This document shows, piece by piece, positions 40,933 to 55,680 of a DNA stretch of 64,000 nt. The notes beneath the pieces were generated by a model. The model did no database searches. It was not told the origin of the DNA and saw only the letters and a program-made list of their open reading frames with translations. Each line of letters opens with the position of its first letter. Position 1 is the stretch's first letter. The stretch comes from Seison nebaliae. Its lineage: Eukaryota. The stretch is taken from the NCBI GenBank assembly GCA_023231475.1, contig JALJEE010000735.1, positions 1 through 64,000 of the forward strand, read 5' to 3'. The position numbers were made by a program, and so were the translations under genes.

Positions 40933-42068
40933 AACAGTAGCTTTATCAATTTCATTTTTAGAATGAACAATTTCTAATCCATCAAAATTCCGTGATTTCT
41001 TTACGAACTTTAACTTTCAATAGTCTATTTGAATATTTTGAGAAAAGTTTTCAGAACGTCATATTAACAATCACATCCAACACATTCAATATTAAATTAT
41101 GAAATAATTTATATTGATCAAATTCATTTATTAATCTCTACTAACATCTTCAGTCTACTCCGTTTTATATACAATATATTGAGTGTCTTATATTCTATCC
41201 CACCGATATTGTATCAACAATACGTGTCGATCGTATGAAGATGGAAAAGATGAAGAAAACTTTCATTGTTGATCTATGTGATTCTGAACGAGTGTTAGAT
41301 GCTCTTCTTGCCAGAGGCAAGAATATGCACACTATTAATAACAAGTTGTTCAATATTATAAGTAAATTCACCACTTTTAGTAAGAGACAAATTTAAACTG
41401 GTATTCTTTATCAATTTCTTGATTCTAACAGAACCTTAATGGACAATTCTTCCTCTTTAAACCCAAATTTTCAAGAAAGATAAATGAGTGAAAATTATTT
41501 ATTACTATTCCTACTCTAATAATCCATGCTGACTACAAATATGGTATCTACGTACAATTTGGAGATGTCTGGTGAAGACATATGTCAATCAATGCTCAAC
41601 AAATATTCCTCTCGATTATATTAATAACTTTTGTATTTCGATGTTTTCATCACTCAATATAAAATTTCATTTGCTATTTCCAACCCATTTCCCATTATCG
41701 TTCATATGATAATATGTCGGTGTTATATATAACCAATTCCAATTCACATTCTCTCATCCAATTCCCAAATTTTTTCTTATCAGTTTTCTCAAAAATATTT
41801 CTCCTTTCTAAATTAAAAATATGCATTTCATTCAAATTTCAAGGGTCTTTTAAAAAACTTGATCTTAATCTTTAAATTTTCGAATAAACTTCTCTGGAAA
41901 TTGAACTACAAATTAAAGTACAAATTAAATTAAAATTAAATTTCAATTTTCATAATTTCGAAAGTAAAAATTAAATTATTATTATTATAAGACTATTAAA
42001 ATTAAGCGAAATATTTAAAATGGAGGATGAATGCATATTGCGTTAACAATCATAATTTGATTGTGACG

Positions 42069-42089
42069 GTTGTCATTGATACGTAAATA
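42069..42089 (+). promoter_or_regulatory. X-box-like site (GTTGTCATTGATAC) directly followed by a forkhead site (GTAAATA)
   Basis: Near-consensus RFX palindrome ~80 nt upstream of the ATG of a motile-cilia gene, with an abutting RTAAAYA forkhead core. Confidence 0.55.
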
Positions 42090-42162
42090 CAATTTGTGAT
42101 AATAAATTCTAATTAATCTGAATATTTTTCTATAATTACTGTACTGGATATAGTACAGTAAA

Positions 42163-45100
42163 ATGGAAACAAAGAAAGATGACTATCGAATAGAACATGG
42201 AGTTCAAATTGATCCCAATGTCATATCATTAACACAATGCCAAAAGGGTAAAAATTATATGGTACGAATAACCTTATTGAATTTGGATCAGAAACCTAAA
42301 AAAATTTCAGTGATCAAATCGAATGATCCAAATTGGTTGTTAAGTGCAAAGCAACCAATAGTCTTCGAAATCACTCCTAAAAGCGAAGAGTCATTGTTTT
42401 ACGAATATAAATTTTCGTCGAAACATAATCCCCATAACACCAGTCCATATCGACCATTAAGTGAAGGTGTTCTTGAAGTGTTAATCAATAAAAGTACAGC
42501 AAAAATTCCTTATTCGATTTATGGTGAATGTGCAGAAATCATATTTGACGGTGCATCTCTTTCTTTCTCTGAACTTCTAACATTATTTTTAGAAATGAAT
42601 TTCACTTTTGATTTATTGTTAAATGATCCGAATGTATTTCTCCAAACAAATCTGAAAAATGTTGGTCGATACAAAGCTAACATTGAATTCCGACCGAAAG
42701 ATCCTCATATTTTTGTGAATATGAAGAAAAGTGTTGCTACTCCTGGAGAATCATTACCATTCGAAATTGGTGTTGATGTTACTAACGAAATTTCAATTAC
42801 CACAGGAATAAAGTTTCTCCATAAATTTTTTCATTCTAAATACAACAAATATTTTTTTCAGTGTCTTCGTTAACGATATGTTATACCCAAAACCGATACT
42901 TGTTACGGCCGAAGTGAAAATTTGTAGTTTAGATCTGATATCTAAGAATACTCAACAAAAAATTGAACGAATCGACTTTAGTTCCGTTTATTATGGTTGT
43001 GACTATTTTCGTGAAGCATTGATCTTCAACAAGTCGAAATTTCCCATACAATTCTTGATTTTTGCTGGTACAACAAATGATGGACAACAAGATGTTAAAA
43101 TTTTCAGTTTTTCCATAATCACAATAATTTCAGAATACGGAGGATGAAGATGGTGATTTTAAAGGTGCTAATAAGAATGATCGAGTTTTCGGAGCGTTTC
43201 CAACCCAAGGTGAATTACGACCATTCGAGAAGAGGAATGTGGTATTCCGTTTTTCCCCACGAATGAAAGAGCCTGCCATCGGTTTTAAATCGACAGAAAT
43301 TGTACCGTTCGAGAAAGAACATTCGATGATTATTTATATTGTTGATGTTGTTAGATGGACACAATCGACTAGTATGTCAGATCCCGATAGTGCAGCGGCA
43401 AAATTTTGTTGTGTCACATTAACTGGTAATGTACATCCAGTTAATTTATCATTCGAACCGGATAATGCAATTGAATTTGGTGAAGTATTAGTTGGACAAG
43501 GAAAGAAGAAAGAATGCGAAGTACTCAATTTGTCTCGTTCAATGACTTTAAATATTAAATTTCAAAAATTGGCAAATTTCCATGTATGTCCGGAAATGGC
43601 ACAGATTAAACCACTTTCCAAACAACCATTCATTGTCATATTTACCCCCAAACAAATTGGAACGTTCAATTATTCGATTGGAATGGATGTGTTAGGACCA
43701 ATTGTAAAATCGGATTATTTTAATGCTCAACGTGGACCGTTCTATACGAGACATATCGAAGTAAATGCGGAAAGTATGCAGAAAGTAGATTATGAGAAAC
43801 TCGACGAAAAGTTCAATAAAATTGTAGAAGCAACGAAATATAAATATCCTAAGAAGTTAGAATCATTTATGATTCATCAATATTTTTATTTACTTTAGAG
43901 AAGCGAAAGAATTATACGACCCAATGTTAGAGATTTTTCACTGTTTCCATAGTAATTTTGGAATTTTTCTTTGATTTTTATGATAGTCCGAAAAATGTGA
44001 AAAGTTCTGAAAAATTATACAAAATTCGAAAAGAATTAGAATTGGAAGATTATGAGACTAATGCAATGGTAAGTGAAAGATACGCTTTGAATAAAGAAGA
44101 AAGACAAAAAGTAAAACAACATCGTAAATTGTATGATATTGAGAAAATGTCGAGACATGTGGAGAAACCACGAGACGTGATAACAGACCCGTCAAAAATC
44201 GAAGATACATTAACTCAATCGTCAAGTCTACTAAAAAGTTTCTTCATTTCATCTCAAATCTTTATAATAATTAATGAATTGAAGAGAAATCGTTATTCCC
44301 GAAAGAATGGCAATTAGTGAGTGCTAGAAATATGATTGCCGAAAGAAATGATCTTGAACAACTTACCACAGTAACATCGTGTCCAATGTATCCGAGAACA
44401 CAATTGCAGAAACAAAATACATCGGTAAAACTGAATCCTATCGAATCGTTACAGACAGTTTTTTGTTAGTCAATTTTCTCAAATGATGTTTCGCATAATT
44501 TCCTTCAGATCCAGAAACTCTCAATTTTGGAATTGTTCAGGTAAAATCATCATGTCGATTAAATTTATATGCATGTAATCAATTGGACATTCATATTTAT
44601 GCACAAATGGAAGTTTCTTTTCTTTTCATACGATTATTGTATAAATCTTTTAGACGGATATTGAAGAACTGAAACTATCTTTTCCTCGAAAGCAGGTCAT
44701 TCCTCCGAAAAGTAAAGCAATCTTCCCAATTTGCTTCCAAAGTGAAACGAAACAACATTTCCAACGGTTCATCTCTTAATTATCTTTTGATTAATTAAAA
44801 TGGTTTTTCGACAATTTATTTAGAGATATTAAATTTACAATAAATAAATCTTCCACTCGCACTATAAGAGTTACTGCCGAAGTGGCATCGGGCACATTAA
44901 ACTTATATCCTAAACATCATCTAATTTTAGGTACAACATGTGCCTCCAGTTGTCTACCGAACATAATCTCTCAATTCCATGGAATGGTAACATTAACCAA
45001 TCCGCAAGGTATACCAATGACTTTCCGATGGGAACGTGTATCGTCCGATGTTGGTGAACAATACTTTCAAGATTTTCATGAATCTGATTATCAAAGACAG

Positions 45101-48100
45101 AAAAATTACCACACAAAACAAGATAGAGGACATGAGATTGTGGAAGAAGATAATACTCAAATAGGTATCGATCCACCAGAAGGAGTTGTAGCAGGAAACG
45201 CAAGTATAATGTGTGAAGTCATTTGGAAATTGGATTACAATCATGTCACAGATAAGTATTTTATGGTTCTCTTTGCAAATGGCAGTCATAAGATCATGAA
45301 AGTTTCACTTTCTTTCACTTTAGCCAACATAACTTTTGTGGATCGTTCCATCGACTTTGGCATCATACCAACACACTTGCCATCTGAACGAACATTCTAC
45401 TTAGCTAACAAAAGTGATTGTTATGCGATATATGATATCGGAATGGATCCGAATGCTAAAGGAATTAATGTCAGTCCAAAGGTTGGTATGATAGCACCCG
45501 AATCATTTAGACCGATAACAGTAAGTGTGCAAATGCAAAAGGAAAATAAATTTGAAGTATTGCTAACCGTAAAATCGAGAACTGAAGCTGGTGGTACGAA
45601 GTTGAGAGTGAGTGGTTCAGCGTCAAATCGTTTATGTGAAATAGATCAACCGAAATTACTATTTGGATCTATATTTGCGAGAACTCGATCAACAATCCCT
45701 TTCAGATTATACAACGATACATCATGTATGAATACGGTGGAAATATCTTTTAGTCGTCAATCAGATTTCTGGATCACATTCTCATCAGACGTCTTAATGC
45801 AACAAAGATATTTGGGTAATTTCGATATACGACTTTTGGGCGATACCGCTTGTGATATGAATGATAATTTATTAATAAAAGATGAATATCCAACAGCTGA
45901 AAATCGTCGTTGCTTTCTCATCGTACCGAAACAAACGTCTATTGAATTAGTGTTGAATATTTATCCAGTTGAAGTAGCCACTTATGATTTCCCACTACCA
46001 ATGTTAGTGAATACACTCCAGAAACTTTCTTTGAGTGATTTAGATGTACAAAATTCAATTCCGTCTCCAACACATCGAACAGCAGAAGATATGTCTGTGA
46101 AAACGTTTTCGAAATCAACCAGTGATCTGGATCCTGTTGCTGAGAAATCGTCGTTCTCTTCTCAAATGAAACCACCAAAGAAAGTTGCAGTGATAAAGCG
46201 AATAGGAACGGTAGAGATATCGAACGATAGTCCTATTCGACAACCGAAATATACTGATGAATGTGGTTATTCATGGGAACCGTTGACATTTGAAGAAATC
46301 AGATTATTAGCCAAACAAAGACCAACTCCTTTAAGGAAGCAAAATAATGTTCATACAAGTTCAACGGAAGGAGATGAAAATCGATTACGTTTAAATAATT
46401 CGAATGAAGATCCGAAGAAAGGAATGGATAGTGCCGATACAAATATTCCATGGAGTAATGATGATCCGGCAGGAAAAACAATTTCGGCAACGGTTGTTCG
46501 ACCGATATTAGATATCAGTGAAGAATCTTTTACTTTCCATACATCGAGATTAATTCAAAATTTAGTCGAATCATCAACTTTCCTTAATTGTCGATCATTC
46601 AGTTTAACAAATCGATCAAAAAATGAAGTTCATTGGATGATCGATATGTCATATGATCCTGTTCATCCGAATATATTATACGATGGTGTATTTTCCATCA
46701 TTCATGGTAATATGGTCGGTTTCCCATCAGATCGAACCATCAAAGGACCAAGTGGATATTTATACGAAGGTGAAACAATTCCATTAAAAATTATTTTTTC
46801 TCCAAAATTACCTGGCACATATCAGGCAAAATTACCAGTAATTGTGAATAAAACTTCTGTTTATTCTCATTTAATATTATACGGAGAAATGCAGACACTT
46901 CGATTATCCAGTACACCATCAGATCTCAAATTTGAAACGGTTCCTTTAAACACCAAAATTAGCCAAACAATCAAGATCGAAGCATATGGTTATACGGGAA
47001 ATACGAAGTTATTTGTTAAAGTACCTTCGATCAATTCTTCGGATGAATCTGACGATGAAACGATACAACCACTATCATGTAAATTCGTTAATGGTAATGT
47101 TATTTCAGTTGATTCCGATACTCCCAATTTTAACATACCTGTCAGTTTGGAATTAGAAATTGAGTTCGTTTCCGATCGACCAATTTCTTTCGTTGCACCA
47201 CTTTACATTTATGATGAGAATAAAGTATCATACGAATTACCAGTTTCAGGATCGGCAGATAATTCAATGTTTTCGTCTTGTCGTTATTTAATGAATCACA
47301 ATTTCCATTATATGATCCATACTCTCCCGTTGACGGCTGAAGAGGGAGATAGTAATGGCTGTGGAACTAAATATTATTTGGAACCTATGCTAATGAGTTC
47401 TGATCAAATCATTAAGAAAGTTAATGAATATTTCGATTGTATGGGAGTTACTAAAACGATCGAAAAGAATACAATGGATAGTAGAGTGAATAAAGATCGA
47501 TTGAGACATTTCGGTTCAGAAAAATTGCAACAAAAGATCCACCACAACTATACTGAAGTTATTCGACATTCACAATTAAATCGCGCTTCTCATACTACTA
47601 TCGGAAAAGTCGATGATGCTGTTACGCTTTACAAACGAAGATTTTCGAAAGTACTTAAAATTTTACAAGTGTCACCCAGTTCCATACATTTGAGCACCAC
47701 AAATTGTATATTATCGTCAATGTTAACGAATGATGATTTTGGTAGGAAAAATTATGAACAATATTGTCGACTATTGAATGGATTACAAAGTTGGTTACGA
47801 CATTTCGGTTGGTCGAAATTTGCATATTCTCTCCATATACCCACATCATTCCAGAAAAACATAACCGGTTTTGGAGTTGCATATAAGAATAAGAAATTAC
47901 ATCGAGAACAGCCACCTCCAAGTAGTTTTACGATTTTTGAGATGATTGAAAATTTAAGTGGAATAAGAATACCAAATACATCAAGTATGCCGTCACAATA
48001 TGATGATAAGTTAACTCGAGCTAAATATCATTATTATCAACGGAAATTATTAATCGATTTCCTCAATGCCAATGGTGGATTAGTATCTCATATTAATCGA

Positions 48101-51100
48101 GAAATTTTGCTGGATTATCATGATTATGTAACTTTAATGCACTATTGGAAGAAGAAACAATCATATCCGAAATTATATTCAGTTGAAACGGAAGCAACCT
48201 TCACACCGGTTGAAATTCGGAAAGTTGGTTATCAATCATATAATCGATTGATGAATGATAGGACAATTTTGAATTCAAAACAACATACACTTCTTTGTTT
48301 AGATGCATGGATGACAATTCTTCTTCAATTAATTAAAATATTAGTCATATCTCGAATCGATGAATTATCATTTAAAACAGCAATTCAATCATTGGATGAA
48401 ATGCCGATGTCGATTTATCGTTCGGAAATTCCAACAAAGAAAGATATTGAAAGTAGTATGGTTCATGTGGAATCCAAATTAAAGAAATTACCACCACAAA
48501 ATTGTCGAATTTGTCTTAATCCTGTTTCATCAAATTTTTACTCAACATCTGAAAGATATTTATTGAAATGGATAAATTATGTTTATAACCGATATTTTGA
48601 AGCATTCTTTTTTCTTATTAATCACAACATGATTGCCCAACCTGGTGGGACGAAGGATAACGAAATGCTTTGTCTCAAACATGGCGAACAATTCGAAAAG
48701 AATATCAGCACAAATACACTCAATATCAAACAAGTAAGACGAAGAATATCAACTGAATCGTCACCGGAAAATCGCCAAAATGTTTTTAAAAAATACATTA
48801 GTGATAAAAGTGAGAAACTTCTACCGAATTTCATACCAGACACGATAAATAATTTTGCGGAAGATTTCAAAGATGGAATTGTAATTGGAATAATTTTATC
48901 AGCCTATTTCCCAATAATTATCGATCCGTTAATGCAAATGTATCCTAATCCTGTTTCGAGAGAAGAAAGAAAAAGTAATTGTAATCGAATAATTGATGCA
49001 TTAAAATTCCTGGGTTTAAATTTCGATATATCACCAGATGACATCGAACATTCCGATCCAATTATGATGTGTCTATTCTTCAGTTATTTGTTTCATCATC
49101 TTCCAAAAATGGTTCAACCGAAAAGTCTCGAGTTCAGTTGTGCATTAGGCGAATTTGCTATACAAACAATTCAATTGAGTAATCTGGCGAATAAGCCACT
49201 TCAATACAATGTTGCAATCGTTTTATTGAATGAAAGAAAAAGTAGAAAGAATGCTTACTCTGAAATTCTGGATGAAGTAACTGGTCAGCAGAAGAAAGGA
49301 CAGGACAGATCTCGAACAAGTATGAAAGCTGATTTGGAAAGTAATGTCTTCACTGTAAGTTCCACCAACATTACCATCCAACCAAATTCTAATGCCTCAT
49401 TGACAGTGACGTATAAAGGCCACATCGTCAGTAGTGAGAAAGCATTATTATTATTATATTGTAAGAAACAATATCCTCATCAATCGTCCAATATGATTTA
49501 TTTAATCACTTCTCGTACTCAACATGTAGCACCAAATGTTAGTAGTAAACAATTAATTCTTTATCATTTTCTTAAGTTTTTTTTGTTTTTTATTTCTCAA
49601 TAATCTGTTTATTTTTAACTTATGCTTTACTTTTTTTTGCTTCTGTTCTTAGGGAGATAGTGTAGCTGCTCAAACGGGAGTTCTTTTTTTTTTATTTCAT
49701 TTTCTATTTTAATATATATATAATTCCGTTCATTTTATTAAGCGTTATATCAAAGTGCAAACACCATTATACGAACCATATACGATACCGATTGAAGTTC
49801 GATATACAGCGAGACAAGGTGGAATTTACAATCTGAATTTACTTGAACGAATTGGAGATGACCCACTGCAACACTTTGAACCCATTAAAGAAGTGTCACG
49901 GTTACTTTTCAATTATAATTCCTTTATTTTCATTTAATCTAAACACAAATTTAGTGAAGGTAGAAGAGCTCTTCAAAAAATTATGAAAAGAAAACGGAAT
50001 ATATTGAATAAAATTGCTCAAATGGATCTACCAGAAGCTACACGAGACACGCCTGTCAAATATCGAACATTCTTCACTAAATCGGATTCTGTCTTCATTC
50101 CCAAATTAGAACCAGAAAAAGGAAGGAAGAAACAGAAAAAACAAGTGGAAATCAAGAAACAAAAACGGCATAAGAATATTTTAAGTGTTGTCGTTAATAT
50201 TACTTACTTACCGTTAACGATAGAGAAACGACATTGTACAATTGTTTTCCGTAATGAATATTTGGGTGAATTTACATATGAATTGGAAGGAATGCCTTTA
50301 TTGCCTCTACCACAACCATTCTCTTTGAAATATTTGGTTGCCTCTCCAGCTCCAACGGATCATTCAGCAAAAGATGATAATTCTTCCATGCGTTATGAGT
50401 ATAATCGAACTTCAGAAAGCGAAATTGGACGTCAAAATAGTGATAATCGTTTAACTGTACATACAGCAGGAAATACTAACGAAAATTCCTCAACTCGCAA
50501 GGCGGATGATAAAGTGACAACTGAAGTAAAATTTTTGGATCATAATGATGATGACAATAGTAGTCTGTCACATATTGAAAGTAATAACAAAATAAGTAGA
50601 ACTTCCAGAAGCAACACTAAAAGTTTACGTCGATCCCTTACACATCCCACTCCAAGTGCGGATCCTGGAAATACGGCTTCTAACTTAGCTGTCACATCGC
50701 CTATCCATACAAATTCATATACATATTATAATATTAATGTCAGTCCAACATATGATGCATTATCTGAAATGAATTTAAATTTGAATGCCAATCCAAAACC
50801 ATCAGCCCATCGGATATCAGACAATGTTATGTCGTCGCAGCATGTTGAAGTGAAAAAATTGAAAATTAACCCGGAAAAACCGATGATAAAAAATTATTCG
50901 CCACTAAGTGAAGAAAGTGTGATGATCTCTAACGTGAGACAAACAGTGACTATACCCGGAATCGACTTTCCACCAGAACAAGTCGAAAAGATATTGAAGA
51001 ATTTTAATCAGGAAACGATAAACAAATTAGGAATTGGAAAGAATAAGTATGCGGGACAAGTACCAACTCATATCATTTCAAAATCACACCAACAGAAATT

Positions 51101-54100
51101 GGCGCCAATTAAGTGCATTGAATTGCGGGAGAAAGTGGAAACTTCAAATATTCAGAGTGTGTTCGATAAATATTTGGAACAGGACGATGATGTTGGTCAA
51201 AAGCTTATTCGTTTAACTTCCGACTCACTTAATAAGAAACCGGAAAAGAAGACATTTGTTAATCAAGAGATTCCAACGGTTAAAGGTCCACCCGATGTCA
51301 GACATTTCCAAATATTATGTTCTACTCAACAAAAATTGAAAGCATTCATTCCCATCTATATTTATAATCAAGCGAAACATGACGCTCTCAATCACATGGT
51401 CTTGATGGTTATTCTTTTCAATTTCGAACCATTTCTATAATTTTATTTGTAGAATGAAGCCGAATTCTCCACAACAAGTAAAAATATCATTTTCGAGAAA
51501 ATTATGATTGATGGTTGTTCCAAAAAGAACCCAGCGTTTGAACAAGTTAAATTTACACCAAATTTTTTAACTGTTCGATCGTCTCTTTTTAGTCACTAAA
51601 AGTTTTCCAACCGGTTCCCTATCAAGTATTCTGTACAGTACCAGATATTATAAAAGTGCCGGAAACCGTGAAATTGACAGATTATGGTTTAGAATCATTA
51701 TATGTTGTGAAGGAAATGAATTTATTTGTATAGAAATTGTGAAAGATGAGATGTTTTTCTTTCTACCGGTTGAAATTCAACCCATCAATTTTACGACTAA
51801 TAAATCGGAGAAACAAATTTATGCTGGAATTTGTTTAGTTTCTCCTTACGATTTTCGGGCATATAGTTTGGAGTTATCATTTAATGAGCAAGAGGATGAT
51901 GAAATTTATACGTATTACGTGGAAATGACAAGTATTATAAATAAACCGATATGTCAATTTATACCGATAGTTATTATAATTATTTGCTAAATTAGAACAA
52001 TTATATCCATCCAAATATTTTCTAGAGGAATAATGAGGAGCATAAATTGATATTAAAATGTTCTTTGGAAGGTGAATGTTTCTCTGGGGAGACCACTCAA
52101 TTCATCGTTCCACCATTGAAAATCTTGCAATATCCTCTAACATTTACACCAACTGCCCATCGTGAATATAAAGGTACATTAACCTTCAAAAATATCAACA
52201 GAAATTTTAAACAAATCTTCCATCTAATCGGATTGGGTGAGCAAATACCTCCGTTTGATATTATAACGATCGATGCACAAGCAAGATCAATTGGAATTGG
52301 AAATGTTCTTCTAAAGAATACTACTCATCAACCAATTTACTATAAAGTTCATTCAACACTCAAATATTTGAGTGGTCCATCAACCTGTTGTGTGGCGCCA
52401 AAGAAATCGAAGTCATATAATTTCAATTACTTCCCATTAGTATCGGGGAATGATCGTGGCAAACTAATTTTCACAGTAACTGATGGAAAATCCAAGTTTT
52501 GTCCTATACTTATTTACTTTATTGCTACTAATCCGTAATATCAGGAAGGAAAATTTTACAGACAAATTACCAATTGCAACTATGGCGAATAACCAAGGAG
52601 AATACATCTGGTGTGATATCATATTTAATATCGATATGCCACAACCCGAACAAACTATTGACATTAACACAGTAGTGGGAGTTAGTAACATATTTTTCTT
52701 CGGATTTGCAATAAAGAATTCTCAAGACTGTAACGACGATAGAATTGAAAATAACAAATCCGATTAAAACGCCAGTGGTGTTGGAAGCCCATTTTAAATC
52801 TCCACCTAAATTTAAAGAAGCTGTTTTGGCTAAAAATAGTAAGAAGGACGTAACATATTCAAGAGCAATATTTTTTATCGGTGCTCCAAAACTCAAAATT
52901 GCAGCATGTGCTAAAGCTACTTACGAGTTTACGTTTAACGCTTATGTAGCAGGTGTGGACTATGGGAAATTAATATTCTCACATCCTGATATTGGGGAAT
53001 TTTGGTTTTCGTTGGTTTGTCGAGTGACGAATCCCGAAGTAAAACAATTTGAGGATTTCGTTCCAGTCAATGTAGGATGTCCAGTTTTGAAACAAATAAC
53101 GTTGTACAATCCAACTGAATCTCATACACCTTATCACATCTCTCTGACGAATGGGAGAGATTTTCAAATTGTACCTCACATTAACGTGCTAAAGAGTTTG
53201 ATAGTTAAATCGGGTAATTTATTGCCAGAAAAATTATCAATTTATACGGAAAAATTGAGGAAATCGTCGGCGCAAGAATTTAAGGAAACTCCGTCAACCA
53301 TCGTCAAAATAGCGAATCCAACTGAATCACACGTATTATTAGCACCATGGTCTACCTATCAATTAAGTATCTACTTTTTACCATCTTTTCATAAAGAAGC
53401 TTTAATTCCCGGAAAATTAACTATTACTAATGCGAAAGTCTATTTCTGCATCCTTTTGTCTGATTGATAAAATTTATATCCTTTTTAGGTGGGTAAATTT
53501 GAATATGAATTGAATGGAGTGTTAACTGAAAATTATTTCGAAAAATTGAAAGCAAAGGAAACGATCGAAGTAGCGTTGAAAGCTCCTGTTGAGGAAACAG
53601 TTGAAGGTGGATTAGTTTATCAAAACCCAACTGATACTGATTTGGCCATCGAAGTACGAACGAGCAGTATTAAAAATCAATCAGATGAAACTACATTCTC
53701 GGTTGATACGGTAAAAGATAATGTTAATTTATTTCATTTATTCAATTTTAATTCGTAATGATTAATAGGTGAGGAAATTTGATAAGAAAATTATACCAAT
53801 TCTTTTTACTCCTATGAATACTCAACAATATAGAATTCGAGTAGAAATTGTTGCTAAATCGATAGACGGGTTAATATTATTTATTAAATTTCTTCAAATA
53901 TAATTGGGATTAATTTCAATTAGAGTTAGTTATAGGTCAAAATTTACGAAGCCATTTCGAACATCCCAATCGAGTAGAAGATCAAGTTTTGGATTGAGCA
54001 AGAAAGGATCCGTCAGTTATTTACAAAGTAATTTAACCACGAAAAATCCATATTTGGCTGGTGATATGAATTTTAATAATAATACTACTAATAAGAAAGT

Positions 54101-55680
54101 TGTGGAGTTGCCGATATTTGATAATGTCAATAAAGAAATTAAAAAGGGAGAAAAATTATTGGAAAATATTCCTGAAGACAATTATGCGGTAACATTATCT
54201 GAGAATACGATGCTCATACCGAAGCAAATGACTGAAACACTTGATTCCATAAAACCGATTAACGATCAAATAAATGACATCGAAGTTATAAAAAAACAAA
54301 CTCCATCTAAACCGGAGAAGGTTGTGGAGATATCAAATAAGGTGGAAGAAATACGAGACGAAGATGATGAATCCATCGATTTCGGTTGTATTTTCAACAT
54401 TACTGGTGAAGGTATACCAGAGAAATATAATTGTAAAATAATGGATGAAAAATTTTCGTTGATTAATCAGCACATTAATAGTAAGCGACCAGATCTGGTG
54501 CCAAGTAAAAATAATGATTGCTTCCAAGTTGACGGAGAGGTACGAGAAGAGCAATTACATAATGTACAAGTCATATTGGAAAATGCTCCAAGTTTGATTT
54601 TTAAATTAATTCCATATAACGACATATGAATTTAGCGTCGAATATTAATTTGACTGTTACCAGTTCTCAGAATCAAAGTAACAGTACAGGTGATGATGAA
54701 TATAAGATTACCAATAACTACGTTTTGGATGAAAGTTTTCTTTTTGTAATTATTAAGTGTAAATTTATTAATTGTGTTTTTCGAATAATTAAGACCAAAA
54801 CCTTGTGGGCGAATATGTTTATTCTTTAGGGATGGATCCGAATCAAGAAAGAAATTCCACTATCCCATTGAGTACGTTACGTGACGTGGTAGATGTTGAG
54901 CTAGTGGAAGCGATCAACAATGGAGATGGAGAAATATCTCTCCGTTTCCAATTTAACTTCTCACCTATCAAACCTTTATAGTTGACTTTTATTTCGAATG
55001 CTTCTTATTCCCTTTAATTCTAGTGCAAATGCTCATCTTTTGATAAAATCAATTAATACGGGCAAATGGAAAATGCCGTTGAAATTTTGGGCGAACGATA
55101 ACAGATTTGAAGATACGATCTTTGTCGAATGTACCTCAGATAAACGAATAGTAGAATTCTTCCTTTCAAGTCTGAATAGGTTTCAATTAATTGAATTATG
55201 ATTATTATTATTATGATTATGGTCTTCTATAAACTGACAGAGAAAAATTGAGATTTCAATGGAAATTTGTTCCGGTTGCACCACCAACCGTCAAATTGAC
55301 AACATCATCGACTTATTTGTTACCTGGTGAGAAGGGAACGAAGTTCTCAATCGAGTACAAACCACAACCGGATGACGAGCATTTCCAATTAAAACTACGT
55401 ATTCAAGTTAGTCTCATACGATCATGTCTATTAGATCGAGAATAATTATTTTGAAAAGGCGGAGAATGATGAGGAATGGTCTTATCTTGTTTTGTTTTCA
55501 CAAAACGTCCCACTCACCAGCCAACTTCATTATAATAACGAACAACAAATGAATCAAGGTATGATACGGTTGAAGAAAGTGAAAAGGAATTTTGTAAAGG
55601 AGAACAAATACCTAATTCGAACTGCCCCGTCGAGTACAATGAAGGGTCTGTCGATGAATTCGAAAATAATTCTTAAGTAA
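42163..55680 (+). CDS. CFAP47: Cilia- and flagella-associated protein 47 (very large, more than 20 exons)
   Basis: Tandem ASH/Ig-like domains (IDFSSVYYG, IEFGEVLVG, IDFGIIP, LLFGSIF), calponin-homology motifs NFYSTSERYLLKWIN...INNFAEDFKDGIVIGIILSAYFP, GEFTYELEG, HPDIGEFWF; successive + strand ORFs join via 40-115-nt GT-AG introns. Confidence 0.9.
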
